A DNA stretch of 63,295 nt, filler included, from Reticulomyxa filosa (Eukaryota; Protista; Foraminifera): assembly GCA_000512085.1 (NCBI GenBank). It is 24 parts of 24 records of this genome, joined end to end, with 100 filler letters (N's around TTAATTAATTAA, not from the genome) between each part and the next. Parts side by side here need not be neighbours in the genome. Positions count along the whole stretch, not along the records: positions 13,033 to 16,326 come from ASPP01037130.1; positions 16,427 to 18,930 come from ASPP01001194.1; positions 19,031 to 20,429 come from ASPP01038677.1; positions 20,530 to 24,069 come from ASPP01000222.1; positions 24,170 to 28,809 come from ASPP01025170.1; positions 28,910 to 29,958 come from ASPP01024621.1; 18 more parts are not named here. One strand, written 5' to 3'. Under the pieces are notes generated by a model. The model was not told where the DNA came from. It searched no databases and saw only the letters and a list, made by a program, of their open reading frames with translations. The position numbers and the translations under genes were made by a program. This document shows, in pieces, positions 15,321-29,029 of this stretch; position 1 is the first letter of the stretch, and each line of letters opens with the position of its first letter.

Positions 15321-17829
15321 GCTAATGTCAGAAGAGATCACAATAGACAAGTGTATTTGTTTGTGTTGTGATGACAGCACCTTTTTTTTCCGAATGATGT
15401 AATTTTTTGGGTGTCTTGACTATCCTTTCTTCTTTTTCGGCAACTGTTCACTCTGCAAAGGAGAGCGTTGGTGAAGAAACTCTCAAGAGCAAATTCATGT
15501 CATAAAAGTTTGAGTGATTAGGTTGTTTTGAAGAGAGAAGAGCAAAATCACATTTGTAATGTCTTAGAGAATTTTTTCTAAAAAGGGATAACTTTTTCTC
15601 TTCCAAAGAAAAATCATTACTAAACAAAAAGTAATTGTTCAATCAAAAAAAAAAGATTTAATTTTCAATTATCTGTTGTTAATCTGTTTTTGGAATCACA
15701 AATGAAATAATAAAAAAATTTCAACAATTATTTTTTGAATGTTATTTTGTCAAAAATATCAAAATATTCAAAAAATTGTAACTTTGGAGTCTTTTTCATA
15801 AGTATTTATGAGTTGTGCACTTATGTCTTGTTTTGGAAAAAAAAAAAAGGTTTTTTTTTTCTTTTGGTTGTCTCTGTACCAGTTCGCAATTAGGGCGTTA
15901 AACGTCCATTTCACTGGTAAGTCTCTTTTATTTTTTTTCAACGACAAAAAAAAGTGGTGTTGCTTTTTGAACAGTAGTCCACTTCCAAAAAAATGGTTTT
16001 TTTATTTGGATGCTGTGCATCCTTCAACAAAAGAAGAAAAAAAGTAAAGTGTGGTAAGGCCCCCCGTCTCCACAATGAGAAAACAAAGTTTGTTATATTT
16101 ATTTTTTTATTTATTTATTTATTTTTTTTTGACATATAAAATGTGTGTGTTTTTCAATAATAGAGCCGCAGCCTGTCTATTCAAAAAAAAATTATACGTC
16201 CCAATTCCCTCCAAAAGAAAAACTTTGGGGTTTAAGCCATCCCGTATTCAAACAAAATTGAAAGAGTTTGCTTTTTTTTTTTTTTTTTATCTTTATCAAA
16301 TGTTTGTTTGCGTTTGTTAATAGGCANNNNNNNNNNNNNNNNNNNNNNNNNNNNNNNNNNNNNNNNNNNNTTAATTAATTAANNNNNNNNNNNNNNNNNN
16401 NNNNNNNNNNNNNNNNNNNNNNNNNNTTTAAATTGTATTCACATTTAGTTTTTGTCCGTGCAAAATCCTTGTATTAAGACTTGCAAACAAGAGATTAAAA
16501 AAAACAGTGTTGTATGATATCTTAAACAAATTCCATCATTTCTTTTTTTTTGCATTGCACAATGATTAGAGTTTTTAATGGTGTTTTCCACTAGTTTTTT
16601 GTTCTAAAACTTTTTGTGTGGTTCATGCAACTTGTAATTAAAAACTTTGGAAAAGCGTGCTGCACGTCAATATTTTTTATTGTTATGGTGTAAAATAACA
16701 AACTTTGTGAAAAAAAAGACATTTTTTAGCAACTAAAAACCATAAGTAAATCGTTATTTGTTTCACAAATCATCATACAATAAGCATAATTAATATTACA
16801 ACAAAAGGTCTTTATTTCAATCAACAAACAAAACTGATCAATGTTGTTATTGAATATGGTTGTTTGACACGTTTCAAGACAATCAATTACAGCTCAAAAT
16901 AAAAAGAGAAATGAACAAGAAGAAGAAGAAGAAGAAAAGAAATATTATAAAAAAATAATTGAAATGATTAACAATGAATTATTGTATCAGATCAATTAGC
17001 AACATCAACTAATTAAATATCTCAACAATAGCATATTCAAGCTAATCAAAAAACACAACAAGTGAAATTAAAATGTTATAAGTCCGATAACAATGTATGG
17101 AATAGATGTAAACGGATTCTTGGAATAATATTTTTTCAATATTTTTATTTTTAAAGCATATCATCATAATCATTGTGCACGTTATTTTATCAATTAAAAT
17201 AAACTATTACCACATTTTACATACATTTAACATTGATTGAGATTGTATTGACATTTCTCATTTTTGCACATACAAATAGCAAAGAATTACGAATAATTAA
17301 ATTTGGCTTAACATTGTAAAAATCAATAATTAAATGAAGATAATGTAATATCTACAGTAGAATGCAAAGTAAAGCTGACACCTAAAACAGCACCTTACAG
17401 AAATGATTGATTTTCTTCATGAAAAAACAATATTCAGACCTAATTTTTTTTTATTTTTTTTAAATATATACGAATTATGTAGTTTTTAAATATCATTTGG
17501 TTTTAGTTTTTTTATTTTATCTTTCGAAATTTTTTCAAAAATTTGAATCTTTCATTTGATGTTTTGAAATTTTCGAGAAAAAGTTGACAATCGCGTTTTT
17601 CTCGTAGTTATGAAATTTGCCAATTTTTTTTTTTAAGCATTTTTGAAAAATACCTTTAATGAAATGAAAGAAAATAATATAATTTCAACTTATTTCATTG
17701 AAATCAAGAAATTTTTGCAAAGAAAAAATATTTATAACCGTGTTTGTCTTTTTAATAAATATTTTTTTGAATATACTCAAATTAGCAAAAACATATTTAA
17801 AGATGACTTAATTTATAGATATTTCTTCA

Positions 17830-18930
17830 TCAAAAATCAATTATAAACTTTCCAATGTATTTCATAACAATTTTATCAAGATCATCGGTCCATCCTAATT
17901 TTATTTTTGAAGCTTGAATCCAATATTGAGTAATAAACTTCATTTCCTTTTTTGACTGCTCATTGTTTGTTATTTGTTAATCAGTTTTATATAACATAAT
18001 TTATTTGTATTCATCAAAATAAATAAATAATAAATAAACAAATCATTACCAACTGTAAAGGACCCCATGCACGCACTTTAGTCTTCATGTGAGTTAATAC
18101 TTTTGTATCTTCATCATCGATTCCTCCAATAATGTGAACATTATTGTCTTCTTCATTCAATATTGCAACACAGTTATTTAGTGGATTGGATAAACTGTTT
18201 TGAAATGTCGTCCATGTATTTTCTTGGATTAAATACTTGTGCACTGATTTTGAAATATTAGTGTAATTTGATCCACCAAAGAACAAAATGACGTCATTAA
18301 TATACGTATATGCATATTGATAGAATGGTGCAATATCTTTACAAACATATAGTTGACGAAATTTAAAAATGTTGTTGTCTCCATCATATTCAATTGATAA
18401 TCCTGTATTCCAACAAAACAACAGCATTTGATAATTTTGTTTATATTTTTGATTTGCTTTCATCATTTCTTGTACTTGTCCATTTTCTAGTTTTGATACA
18501 AAGCAATGATACCATATATTATTATCAGTTGGTAAAGTATCGTGTTTAATAAATTGAAATGTATTTAAATCAAACACACTAATATTATTTTTAAGATAAG
18601 TAATAAATAACAAATAATTGTTAATTCCACCAACCAATGCACGCACTCCTTCATAATTATCTTGATCTCTTCCAATGATAATTGGATTATTGTGATTGTC
18701 TGTGAAAGGGACCCATTGATTGTAATTGTTTGATTTGTTTAATTCATTTAATTTATTCGTTTCATTTTCATTCTCATTTTCATTGTCATCATCATTACGC
18801 CAAACATTTACATATTTCATCACCAATGTATGTCTTTTTATATATTTATTTCCACCAAAAGACAATAAAGTAATTTGATTTCTGTTTTTGTCTTTGTTAC
18901 TGTTGCTATCTACCAGTTTCACTACACAGT
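17830..18930 (-). CDS. Kelch-repeat protein, 5'-partial; last exon 17955-17830 encodes the 33-aa 'GW' module
   Basis: LLSFGG, ILFFGG, VHIIGG, HCFV and NTWT Kelch motifs; intron 18049-17956 (TTG|GTAATG ... CAG|TCA). Confidence 0.85.
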
Positions 18931-19030
18931 NNNNNNNNNNNNNNNNNNNNNNNNNNNNNNNNNNNNNNNNNNNNTTAATTAATTAANNNNNNNNNNNNNN
19001 NNNNNNNNNNNNNNNNNNNNNNNNNNNNNN

Positions 19031-19140
19031 TATTTGATACCAAGTCTCACACCCACTTACTAATTTTTGAATCCAACTTTCTTGTATTGTTCTCATTGCT
19101 TTTGTAAAGACAATTCTTTAACCATTTTAGCATAATCGGC
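19031..19140 (-). pseudogene. DUSP-family paralogue, copy 2, degenerate 5' end
   Basis: Clear nucleotide similarity to 3901-4010. Upstream 19150-19495 is similar to 5641-5996. Confidence 0.7.
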
Positions 19141-19799
19141 TAGTCACTTTCACTTTAACAAACATTTCACAAGTATTTAAGAAAACTGCAACCAGGACAG
19201 CAATTTACAAGATTATGAGAAGAGATTAGGAGTAAATTTTCACATTTCGGTGAAAATTTCCATATTGCAGTAAGACTGCGGACCTTGGGGGTTCTTCTTA
19301 AAAAAAAGGAAGAGGAAAAGTCCAACTTCCTTTAGATTAAGAAGAAATTTAAAATTTTTGGTAAGCAATTAGTTCCTTACCGATCTGATTTTAAATTTTA
19401 AAAATTTTATTAATGTGTAACAAAATGTAGTTGCACTTATTCATTCAATTTATTTTATTCTTGCAAATAATTTGTACTATTTTCACACTTTTTAACTTTA
19501 AAGAAAAATTATTTATTTATTTGTTGATTCATATTTCAAGTAATTTTTGATTATATATGAAAGTTTGTGTGAAAGTTGCAAGTAAAAAATTATGTTAAGT
19601 ATGATATGCTTTTGAGGATATAATTTTAATATTATTTCTTCTTGCAAAAAAAAATTCAATTATTCAATATATTTTAGCTAGAACTACTTCAAAAAAAAAT
19701 TACAAATAACAATTAATTAAAAAAAATTATTCATTTCAATCAAAAATAAAATAAAAAGAGCTTTCAAATAAAATCATTACAAAACAACATTCAATAACT

Positions 19800-20415
19800 T
19801 TTCAATCACAGTTTTTTTGGATTTCTAATGGTTTCGCAAGGCTACTTCCGTTTTTAAATGCTTTCCATATATTATGCATTCAAAGTCTTGTTCGCTCAAC
19901 ATTCTATCATTCTCCTTTCTTTCAAAGTCTCTTTCAAGCTATTTGTTATTTTTATTTCACATTGAGTATTCTGTTGCATCCCAACTATCAACGCCCAATG
20001 AAACATAAAATAAAGTAAATAAGTCAATCCACTCTCTTTTTTTTTTTCCTTACCCTAACGAAACATCTGCTCATTTCGAATCTGTTGCAAGTTATTGATC
20101 TGTAATGGCTTTGCTGCCATTTCATGTGCGTATTTATGTAGCCTTAGATCCCTTTGTTTTACAAACGCGACCAATCGTATTACATTTTGCTCCCACTCGT
20201 TTCGAGCCAACAACTTCAAGTGGTCCACGTCGACGTTGCTGGTGCCCTTCACATATACTGCCAAACCCCTCCCAAAAGTCGTAGAATTTTTGCACAAACA
20301 AGTAGCTCGATGCGATGTGTCCAAACCTCGGAATTTGTTTTGTCTCGTGTTCTTCCAATTCCGCTATTTTCATAAATGTTGCGTTGTATACCTTTCCATC
20401 GTCAACACACATGAC
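19800..20415 (-). pseudogene. 3' part of another probable family member, frameshifted
   Basis: Exon-like blocks. The 3' flank 19725-19815 resembles the 3' flank 2845-2942 of DUSP copy 1. Confidence 0.4.
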
Positions 20416-20769
20416 AATTTTTTTTTTTTNNNNNNNNNNNNNNNNNNNNNNNNNNNNNNNNNNNNNNNNNNNNTTAATTAATTAANNNNNNNNNNNNNNN
20501 NNNNNNNNNNNNNNNNNNNNNNNNNNNNNTTGGGGGTTTTTTTTTTGCATGGTTCATAAATGATTATGATTATTTCAAGCTTTTTCATGAAACAGTACAA
20601 GCTTTGGCTTGACGTCCAGCCTCCAAAACAAAGCATAAGATCATTAGGATCCTCATACATTTACAAATAAAGTCAAGAAGACACCAAAGCCCATCAAACG
20701 TAGTGTAAAAAAGAAATATCTACACACACTACTTTGCCATTAGTTTGTTTACAATTATAGTTATCAAGA

Positions 20770-21401
20770 TTGCAATTTTATTCATGAAAAATTAAAAATT
20801 TTTCAAAATCTTTTTTTAAATGATATATAGACATCATGTAGAATCTAAAAATGTCTTTTATTTTTAATAAAAGTGTAGAAAACCATACAAAAATCGTTGC
20901 TGTTTTTGTTCTTTTTTAAAATTGTAAAAAAGTTGAATATTCGTTATTGCATTAAAAGTAAAAAACATTACACGATTGTTGTTTTCTAGGACGTCCGCTA
21001 CCAACTTTATGCCATTCAAAATTATTTTTTTCAGCCGCTTAAGCGCATTCTCAATTGTAGAAACAGAGATCCATTAATATGGCAATGCGCTTAGCAAGAC
21101 AACGTCTTTTGTAAGCTTTAATTTTACCAAGCTGGGAAGATGTAAAATGCTTTCACATTGTTTTCACAAAATTCAGCAAAAAAAAAAGTGTTAAAGACAA
21201 AACAAAGCTTCAAAAAACTTAAAAGACTAACTAAAAAAAGGATTAACAAATTCAAAAAATGAACAAAAACATTAACGGTTTTTGCATGATTTTCTACACT
21301 TTTATTAAAAACCAAAGACATTTTTAGATTCTACATTATGTCCAGATATCATTTAAAAAAAAGATTGAAAAAATTTTAATTTTTCATGAATAAAATTGCA
21401 A
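20770..21401. mobile_element. MITE/fold-back-like element with about 155-bp terminal inverted repeats
   Basis: 20770-20925 (TTGCAATTTTATTCATGAAAAATTAAAA...) is the near-perfect reverse complement of about 21246-21401. Inner AAGCGCATT/AATGCGCTT pair; non-coding. Confidence 0.75.
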
Positions 21402-21701
21402 ATGTTTATAGGTGTGAAATTTGTCGTTTCAAAAAAAAAAATCTAAATGGAGTACAAATCAATTCAATTTATTAAACAATATATTTTCAATGGCTTGCAG
21501 TAAAAAATACTTGGTATGAAAGCATTGTTCTTTTCTTTTCTTGGCCCTTAAGTGATATCATTCTTTTGGATTAGGACATCAACTTGCTGTTTTAAAGTGG
21601 TTTGGGGACACTTACTGCAAACTAAAAAAACTCGTCACACTAAAAGTTTGGAAAAAGAGTTTTTCGTTCTAAAATTTCTTGGTACTTTTTTCTGGTGAAT
21701 C

Positions 21702-22557
21702 ATGGAAGCAGTTTTGAAGGATATTCGTAGTGCAATTGTTGACACAATATCAAGGAAATGTAAACTAGACTTTCCAGCAGAGCTCGCCTTGGTTATAGAA
21801 TCATTTGCGAATCAATGGATAAAGTTTGAAGATTACGAGCCAGGGAAGTGTGTTGAAACACAAGATATCGGACAAATTCCTCTCAACTTCACATTAGTGG
21901 GATGGATCCGACCTAACAAAGATTGTCCGAAGAAAGTGCAGATGATTGCCACAAAGGATGAATGTTGCGTAGGAACAAATCAGTTCCGGTTCCAAATACA
22001 TGCAGACAAGCATGTTGCTTTTTTTGCTAGCGGTGGACCAGATGGATATGATGGATCGAAAGATTTGTTAGTTGCAACTGCGTGTGTATATTTGTTTGTT
22101 TGTTAATATATAAATACAATAATTTAAAAAAAAAAAAAAAAAAAAATGAATAAATAAAATCAGTGAGAAGATAGCCGTGTCTTTAGACGACAATAGATGG
22201 TTTTCGAAATTGACAACAGCAGACCCTCTGGAACCAGAGATATGGACAAATATAGCGCTGCGACAAAAATATGACGAAAAGAGAGATAGAATGGAGTGGG
22301 ACATATTTGTGGACGGACAAAAAAATGTCACACTTTTTTCGTCTGTGGGCGATGCAAAACCTTCACATAATAATCAGGTTACTTTTCGAATTGGAACACG
22401 ACACCAAGGTCTTCATGGAAGTGGAGGTAATTGGCAAGGAAAAAATAATGACTTACATGACCCTTTTTACGGAGACTTGAAACGTTTTTTTTGGTGTGAC
22501 AATGCTTTGTCTGATCAACAAATTGCCACTGCCAGTCGTCGAATTTCATTCGACTGA
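21702..22557 (+). CDS. LamG/concanavalin A-like domain protein, 2 exons, with an F-box-like N-terminal helix
   Basis: 'NFTLVGWIRP', 'WTNIAL', 'IFVDG', 'FRIG', 'PFYGDLKRFFWCDNALSDQQI'; N-terminal 'FPAELALVIESF'; intron about 22069-22161. Confidence 0.75.
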
Positions 22558-22722
22558 CCATAGCAATAAAAAATAAATGTATTTTTTTTTTTTTTTTTGT
22601 TTTTTTGTTTTTTGTTGCTGAATGATTCTGCCTCGTTTGCTTTTTTTTAATTGTTCATTTTTTTAAAGTTTCCAATGATCGAAATTAAAATACTTTTTTA
22701 TATTAAAAAAAAACAAGAATTA

Positions 22723-24030
22723 CTATTGCAACAAGTCTTGTGCCATTTCCAAAGACCCATTGTTGGGAAAAGGAGTCATATCGCACAATATTTTGCACAC
22801 CAATTCATAGACATGCAAGTTTTGCATTTGTGGTTTGGTGTAATTTTTTTTGAATGAGGGACCTCTTGCAGCGAAAAATCCGCTCATTTGTTCGTCAGTG
22901 TTGTTCCACCCATGAGTTCCTTTCGAAGTATACGCCCAAGTTTGCCTCTTTTTTTTTTTTAAAAAAAAAAAGAGGGCAATCAAAGAAAGCACAAACAATT
23001 AGTTGCATGCATCGCACGCACATATGAACAAATATATTAAATAAAAATATACAAAAATACGTATACAACCGTGCATGTAAAAACGAAAAAGCAAGAAAAT
23101 CTAACTAAACCGAGTTGGAGATGTCAGACCAAACAAAATTCCACTCTATTTGAGTGACAGCAAAAATATCTGGAACACGTTGATGATATCCAGGAATGGA
23201 GTATTGCCATTGCGAGGGGATATCATCTCGTTTCCAGATTTGGAAGAGCGATCGTTGTTGGGAAGAGACAAGACTGGAGACGAACCGATTGACCAATAGT
23301 TTACGGTAATATTGTACGATTCATTCAAGTGTTTTAAATAAAAGCAGAACAAAGGAGAATACGAAGCAATATAAAAATCGTCTTGCGCAGTGTCGAAAGG
23401 ATTGAACACCGTCGTATTCATTTCAATCAGTTGTGTGTCCGATACTCCAGCCATGCCATGGTCTGACAATAGCAACACATCTGTTGTTTCACTTAAGTTG
23501 TATTTGTCCATTTCACTAAGCAAGTAGCCAATATATCCATCCATCATTTGCACTGCATTTGCCGTCTATACATATATATGTGTACATATATAAATATATA
23601 TGTATACATATATACACATATATATATTAATAAAAAACTTGAGTAGAAAAGGGACCATATCCATGGCCAGTTGAATCTGGCTCTTCAAAGTACAACATAA
23701 GCAATTGATATTGCTTGGTGTTCATCAGGTCGATAATCTTGTCAATTCGTTGAGTGAATGGATACGACTCATCGTAAGGCATGTACCAATCGGGATATCC
23801 ACGGCCCGAGCAATTGTGTGCACTTCCTACCCAGAACATCACTGCCGATTTCAGCCCAAGCTTCTCATTGCCATTGTGATGCACTGTGCTCCACAGAGGC
23901 GTACCACGATACCATACGCCTTTCGTGTCCGCCACACCGCCATTGAAATAGGCATTCAATTCACGGTCGTAAAACGAGTTCAATACTATTCCGTGGGATG
24001 TCGGATACAAGCCAGTGGCAACACTAACAA
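22723..24030 (-). CDS. Nucleotide pyrophosphatase/phosphodiesterase (ENPP, alkaline phosphatase superfamily), 5'-partial, multi-exon
   Basis: 'TGLYPTSHGIVLN', 'LYFEEPDSTGHGYGP', 'LLSDHGM', 'GTHGWNN', 'FAARGPSFK', 'PNNGS'. Confidence 0.93.
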
Positions 24031-24190
24031 ATTATTATTTATTACTATTTTTTTTTTTTTTTTTTTTTTNNNNNNNNNNNNNNNNNNNNNNNNNNNNNNN
24101 NNNNNNNNNNNNNTTAATTAATTAANNNNNNNNNNNNNNNNNNNNNNNNNNNNNNNNNNNNNNNNNNNNTTTTTTTTTTTTTTTTTTAAC

Positions 24191-24790
24191 CTTTTTGAAT
24201 GCAAAAACAAGCAGCAAAGCCAGCATCCAAATCCCACATATACACACTGGAAACACCACCCTCAAAATATGCATGTCGATAATGATCAAACACTTCATTT
24301 GCCTATACATAATTTTAAATAATAAAAAAGTTCATTTAGAACACATTTCAAAATCTTTTTTTTTTAATAGTATACGTAAAAAAAAAGGGTATCAAACATA
24401 AAATAATATTCTATTAACTTCCAATTCTAATTTTCTCAAGTTCTCTGAAGGTCTCAAACATTCGTCACCATCTTCAATTGACGGAAAATATTCGTTTGAC
24501 CAAGGGCTTCGATAGGAATCTCCATCGCGGTTATAATCACATGTTATAAATTGTTTTCCTGTCTTGGTGTCTTTTTCCTAAATTTTCAAGATTTCAAACG
24601 CATAATTAATATTTACTAAAATAAAACATTTGAACTCTTTTTTACATACAATTTGCAACGGGGTATCAACGCGCTGGCACAATTCCTCGTCTAATTCCGG
24701 TCGAACAGCGATCAATCTCTCCAAATTGTCTACAACGTCACTTGGAGGAGTTCTCCTTAAAATATTAAGACAATGCTTAATATCGCTCAT
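24191..24790 (-). CDS. CAPZB: F-actin capping protein beta subunit, first 3 exons
   Basis: 'LNILRRTPP', 'RVDTPL' | '[18 protein letters not shown]', 'LRKLE' | '[24 protein letters not shown]'. Confidence 0.95.
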
Positions 24791-25751
24791 TTTTTGTGTA
24801 AGAAAACTGCTGTGGTGGCAAAGAAAAACAAAACAAAAAGTTTTTCTTTCTCAAAGGTAGAACACTTAAAAAAAGTTTTCGAACTCGAACTTAAAAAAGT
24901 ATAAGCGTAACAGTAAAAATTGAATATCTTTTCTTTTGACTGTCATTAATAACAAGCTTTGTTAATATTTGATTATCGATTAGTATTCTTTAATTGATTT
25001 CATTAGTAAACAAATCCAAAGCAACTCCATTCAATGTAATCAGTTTTTTTTTTTGCAAGTACTCAGAAACACGATTAGCGTGACAAAAAAGAGGAAAACG
25101 TAGTTGCTACTTTTAGAGATCTTTTTTTTACGTATTAAAAAGAATAATAACGTGTGAAAAGAATAATTGGTATAAACATATCTGTAGACATTTTCTATCA
25201 TGCGGCATTAGCTATGGCATTGAAGTTCATTTATATTATTTTATGAAAATATTCACTTTTACCATCATACTGAACTGTTATCGGTTTGTATTTTCATAGA
25301 AAAAAGTAATTTAGTGTGTTTTGTTAATTTTCTTGTGCGATTCAAATTTGTTATGTTGTTTTTTTCTATTTTCATCATAAGTATATTAACATATAATGAA
25401 ATAAGATTGATACTTAATGAAGCAAATATGTTTTTTTTGGCGTACATTCAATCATTTAGTAACAATTGACAAATTTACTTGACAAACTGATTGCAATGTT
25501 ACAATATCATGATAATTTGCTAGGACAACGTTAAAGTATTGGACGTCATAATTAGAAGCTTTGCAATATTAAATATAATCAAAGAATATAAGCATTGACA
25601 TACTTTTTTTTGAAAATTATGACAATAAAAAAAAAAATGCAACTGAACAATATTCTTAGACCATTGGAAACGAAATTAATAAAAAAGTTTATTTTAAAAA
25701 GTTGTCTTTTGCACTTAAATAGAATTTTAAAAAATTAATTACATTGATTTC

Positions 25752-27790
25752 CTATAATTGGCTCGATTTGTAAGGGCCTCTTGTACGCGTGTGTCGTAAC
25801 GCAAATTTCGGTTGATTGATATCAATCCATTCGTCCCAGTTAGTACTCCATCCGATAAAGTGCACTGCAACTTTTTTTTCGTTACCATTGTCTCTTGTTC
25901 CTAGCAGCCTGATATATGCTTCGTACCACTTGAGTTGAGAATCCTTTTTGATTCAAACATATGTTAAAAAAAAAGATCACCTTAATTCATTCTGTCATTA
26001 AAATGTGAAGATATACACCAAACTTGGACATCCAAAATGTCACCCACTTCAAACTGATTCCATGTTTCTACTCCTTTCACTAAAGGCCATACAAACGCGC
26101 TTCCTGGCATCGGATTGCATTTTTTTTCGACTAAAAAGACAACATTTTTGGAAAAGTGTAGATTTCCTAGAAGAGTGTGCAAATAATCGTTTGGAATCTC
26201 TACGTAGCGCGTGTGATCAACATGTTCCAAATCCTTCAAGGTCACCTGCACGTTTCGTGCATTGACACACGTATACATTGACTTAAGTTCTGCAAATGGT
26301 ACCCACAAATGTACACTAGGTGACATGACCTCCTCTTCCTTGTCAGCATCATTGTCCACAAACGTGGCCGCCACTTGTCCGAGTGAGAACAAAGTTGAGA
26401 AAGGACGCAATTCAGGATTTTGAATATCATAGCTTCCATCTGCATTTACGATTGCAAATTTTAGAATAATTGGATGTGCTTCCACACACTATTGTTTTTA
26501 TTGTCACATAGGAAAGTACTTTTTCACTAGGGATTGAAATAAAAAAAAGTACATTCGAAAAATAAAAAATGGGTTACACATTTGCGCTTCAAATTGTCGT
26601 TTGTTTTTTGCAATTGCGCAGTTTAAAATGTCGATGTTTTTTTTTTGCAAAGGTCAACGTCGGAAAAAAAAAACCCCAGACTTACGTTGGATGCAAAAAC
26701 GTTTCTGGCATATATTGGACCACCTCCGTACCAAGAAAACAATAATTTCCATTGCTCTTCTTGTAGCCACTGGTATTCTACTCCTTCTTCTAAGTCTCGT
26801 TTTAAATGGTCCATATTCTCTGGATCTGCTAATTCCGTGTTTTCAATTGGACCAGGTTTGGAAACGGCATTATCAATAAAATCGACATTCTGTAAACAAT
26901 ATAGGTCGAAATGAATGCAAGTCAAAACAAAACAATTTTTTTAAATAATTGTCTTACTTGACATAGTTCCGCGTATTTCAGCCAAGAATTGAACCATTGG
27001 CAAGAAATAGCGTACCAAGTTTCACCGACTTGAGGCTTTTTTTTGGGGATCTTTTGGAACAATTTGTATTGAACGTATGGATTTGTCTGAAAAATAAATG
27101 CAATTTTTGTTGTTTTGTTGTGCAAATAGTATACGTAAAGTTCCAAGCAAATAAACAAAGTTACTTACTCCATTGATAAGCCTGTAAATTGCAGTAAGAT
27201 TTAACGTATCCTCAAGGCCACCTTTTTTGACAGTTTGAACTTTGCAAAACGAATCTCGAACTATTTTCAATTGAGAAGGCACTTTAGAAGTATCTGGCAT
27301 GTTGTGCTCGATGTCATTGCACAAGCTTTGAGGAAGCTGTTTAATTGTGTCAACACATTGTATCAATAATTAAATAAGTTGCTATAAATACAATTCTTTC
27401 TTTTTTTTTTTTTTTTTGGTGAGAGTCACAATGGTTAAAAAAAAACATACTTGAGAGAGAATGCTTTGTGCAGCATCATAAGAACACAATGCTTCTGTCA
27501 AGAGTGTTTTTTGCGTCTTTAGAATCTCTCTCAGTGTTTCGATTTGGGTAATTCGAGTGGAAATTACAGCTACACAAAACACACTTAATAATTTACAGTT
27601 TGTTTGCGATTGTTAAACAAGTATTATTAACTCGTATCAAGATGCTCCCTTTCTCGTGCGTGATGAAGCTCCTCCGCTTCGACAATTATGTTTCTGAAAG
27701 CATTTTTTTGCTGCCAAAATTGACCACATAACGCAAAAGCAGGTTTGGAGTCACGTTTCATATCATTAAATACCTTCCCCATTTCCACTC
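25752..27790 (-). CDS. Coiled-coil + DUSP + UBL-like + Tudor-knot/chromo-barrel protein (DUSP family copy 3); 5' exons uncertain
   Basis: 'VGETWYAISCQWFNSW', 'KPGPIENTEL', 'WKLLFSWYGGGPIYAR' (DUSP); 'FEVGDILDVQ|DSQLKWYEA...VHFIGWSTNWDEWI' (chromo barrel); stop TAG at 25752-25754. Confidence 0.8.
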
Positions 27791-28321
27791 TGTCAATATT
27801 CACAATATTATTTTAAAAATGTTTGAGAAGCACTGGCTCTGTCTTAACTCTAATTTGTTATCATCTGCAATAGTGGATAGGAGATTCTCTGGGGTTTTAT
27901 TCAAGTACTGGAACACCTCAGACACTCCGTTTTTAGTATTTGACAAAGCATTTGTGGATGCCATGAAATATATCGTTGGACAAGGGCTTTTTCAAAAGAT
28001 TCAACAATACAAACACAAGCTCGGAGGTCAAAATAATGACGTAATTTCTCGCACGTATTCATAGTTATATATTTCAAAATCTTTTGAAAAGAGCACTCGA
28101 GAAGAATAAACCCACAATCTTTGTCTTGTTTAAAATGAATCTGTTTAAACAAGGAAACAAATTTTTGAATACTTATTGTTGATAGATGTATATTTTTAGT
28201 AGCAGAATTTTACAAAAATGTTCTCTTTGTAACGTTTAACTGCTTTTTTAAAAATACAAAATGAAAGAAAAGCAATATATTGCGAAAAATGAAGTAAAAA
28301 ATCCTTGATTTTTTCCCCCTC

Positions 28322-28809
28322 ATGTCGAATAAGACTTGTTCCTCTCCCACTTTTGTTCCGCAAAGTGAGACAACGATAGCAGTACCTCCAAAGATCGAAA
28401 GTCCCCGAATATCAGAAAAATCATCGTACTCTCGGGACAAAAATCCGACAATGAGCGACAACGAGCAGTCCTCCTCGAACACGAACGAAACAAATGAGAA
28501 AGCAAGCAAAAAAAAAAGTAATAATACAAATGGGAACAACAAATCGAAAGAAAAGAAATCCTCTGGAAAAAAGACAGCAGAGACGAAAACACCCACTCAA
28601 TCCAAATCAAATCATGTCAGAACACGCAGCAACACCACGACCTCAACAAAAGAAGAGAAAAAGCAAACATCATCACCAACGACGCAAACGACAATTGAAG
28701 GATCAAATGTTTCCAAATCGAGTACAGCCACATATGAAGTGACAGACCCAAAGACAGGAGCAAAAGTTGAAAAAACAGTGAAAAAGACAATCACTTTTAA
28801 TGATGGACT
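28322..28809 (+). CDS. S/T/K-rich low-complexity N-terminus of a hypothetical protein
   Basis: ATG-initiated frame open to the contig end. Confidence 0.6.
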
Positions 28810-29029
28810 NNNNNNNNNNNNNNNNNNNNNNNNNNNNNNNNNNNNNNNNNNNNTTAATTAATTAANNNNNNNNNNNNNNNNNNNNNNNNNNNNNNNNNNN
28901 NNNNNNNNNGTAATGAGTATGCTATTTTAGGCAATTACCAAGAAGTGTTTTCGTTTTGATCACTTACGTAGATCGTTTTCTCACTATTGCGAGACTTACG
29001 TATGTTTTAGTGTTTCTGTCACATTATTT

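Noticed and set aside
16800-17130. Possible decayed HSP70-like remnant
   Set aside because: Only a vague resemblance, with many stops; unsupported.
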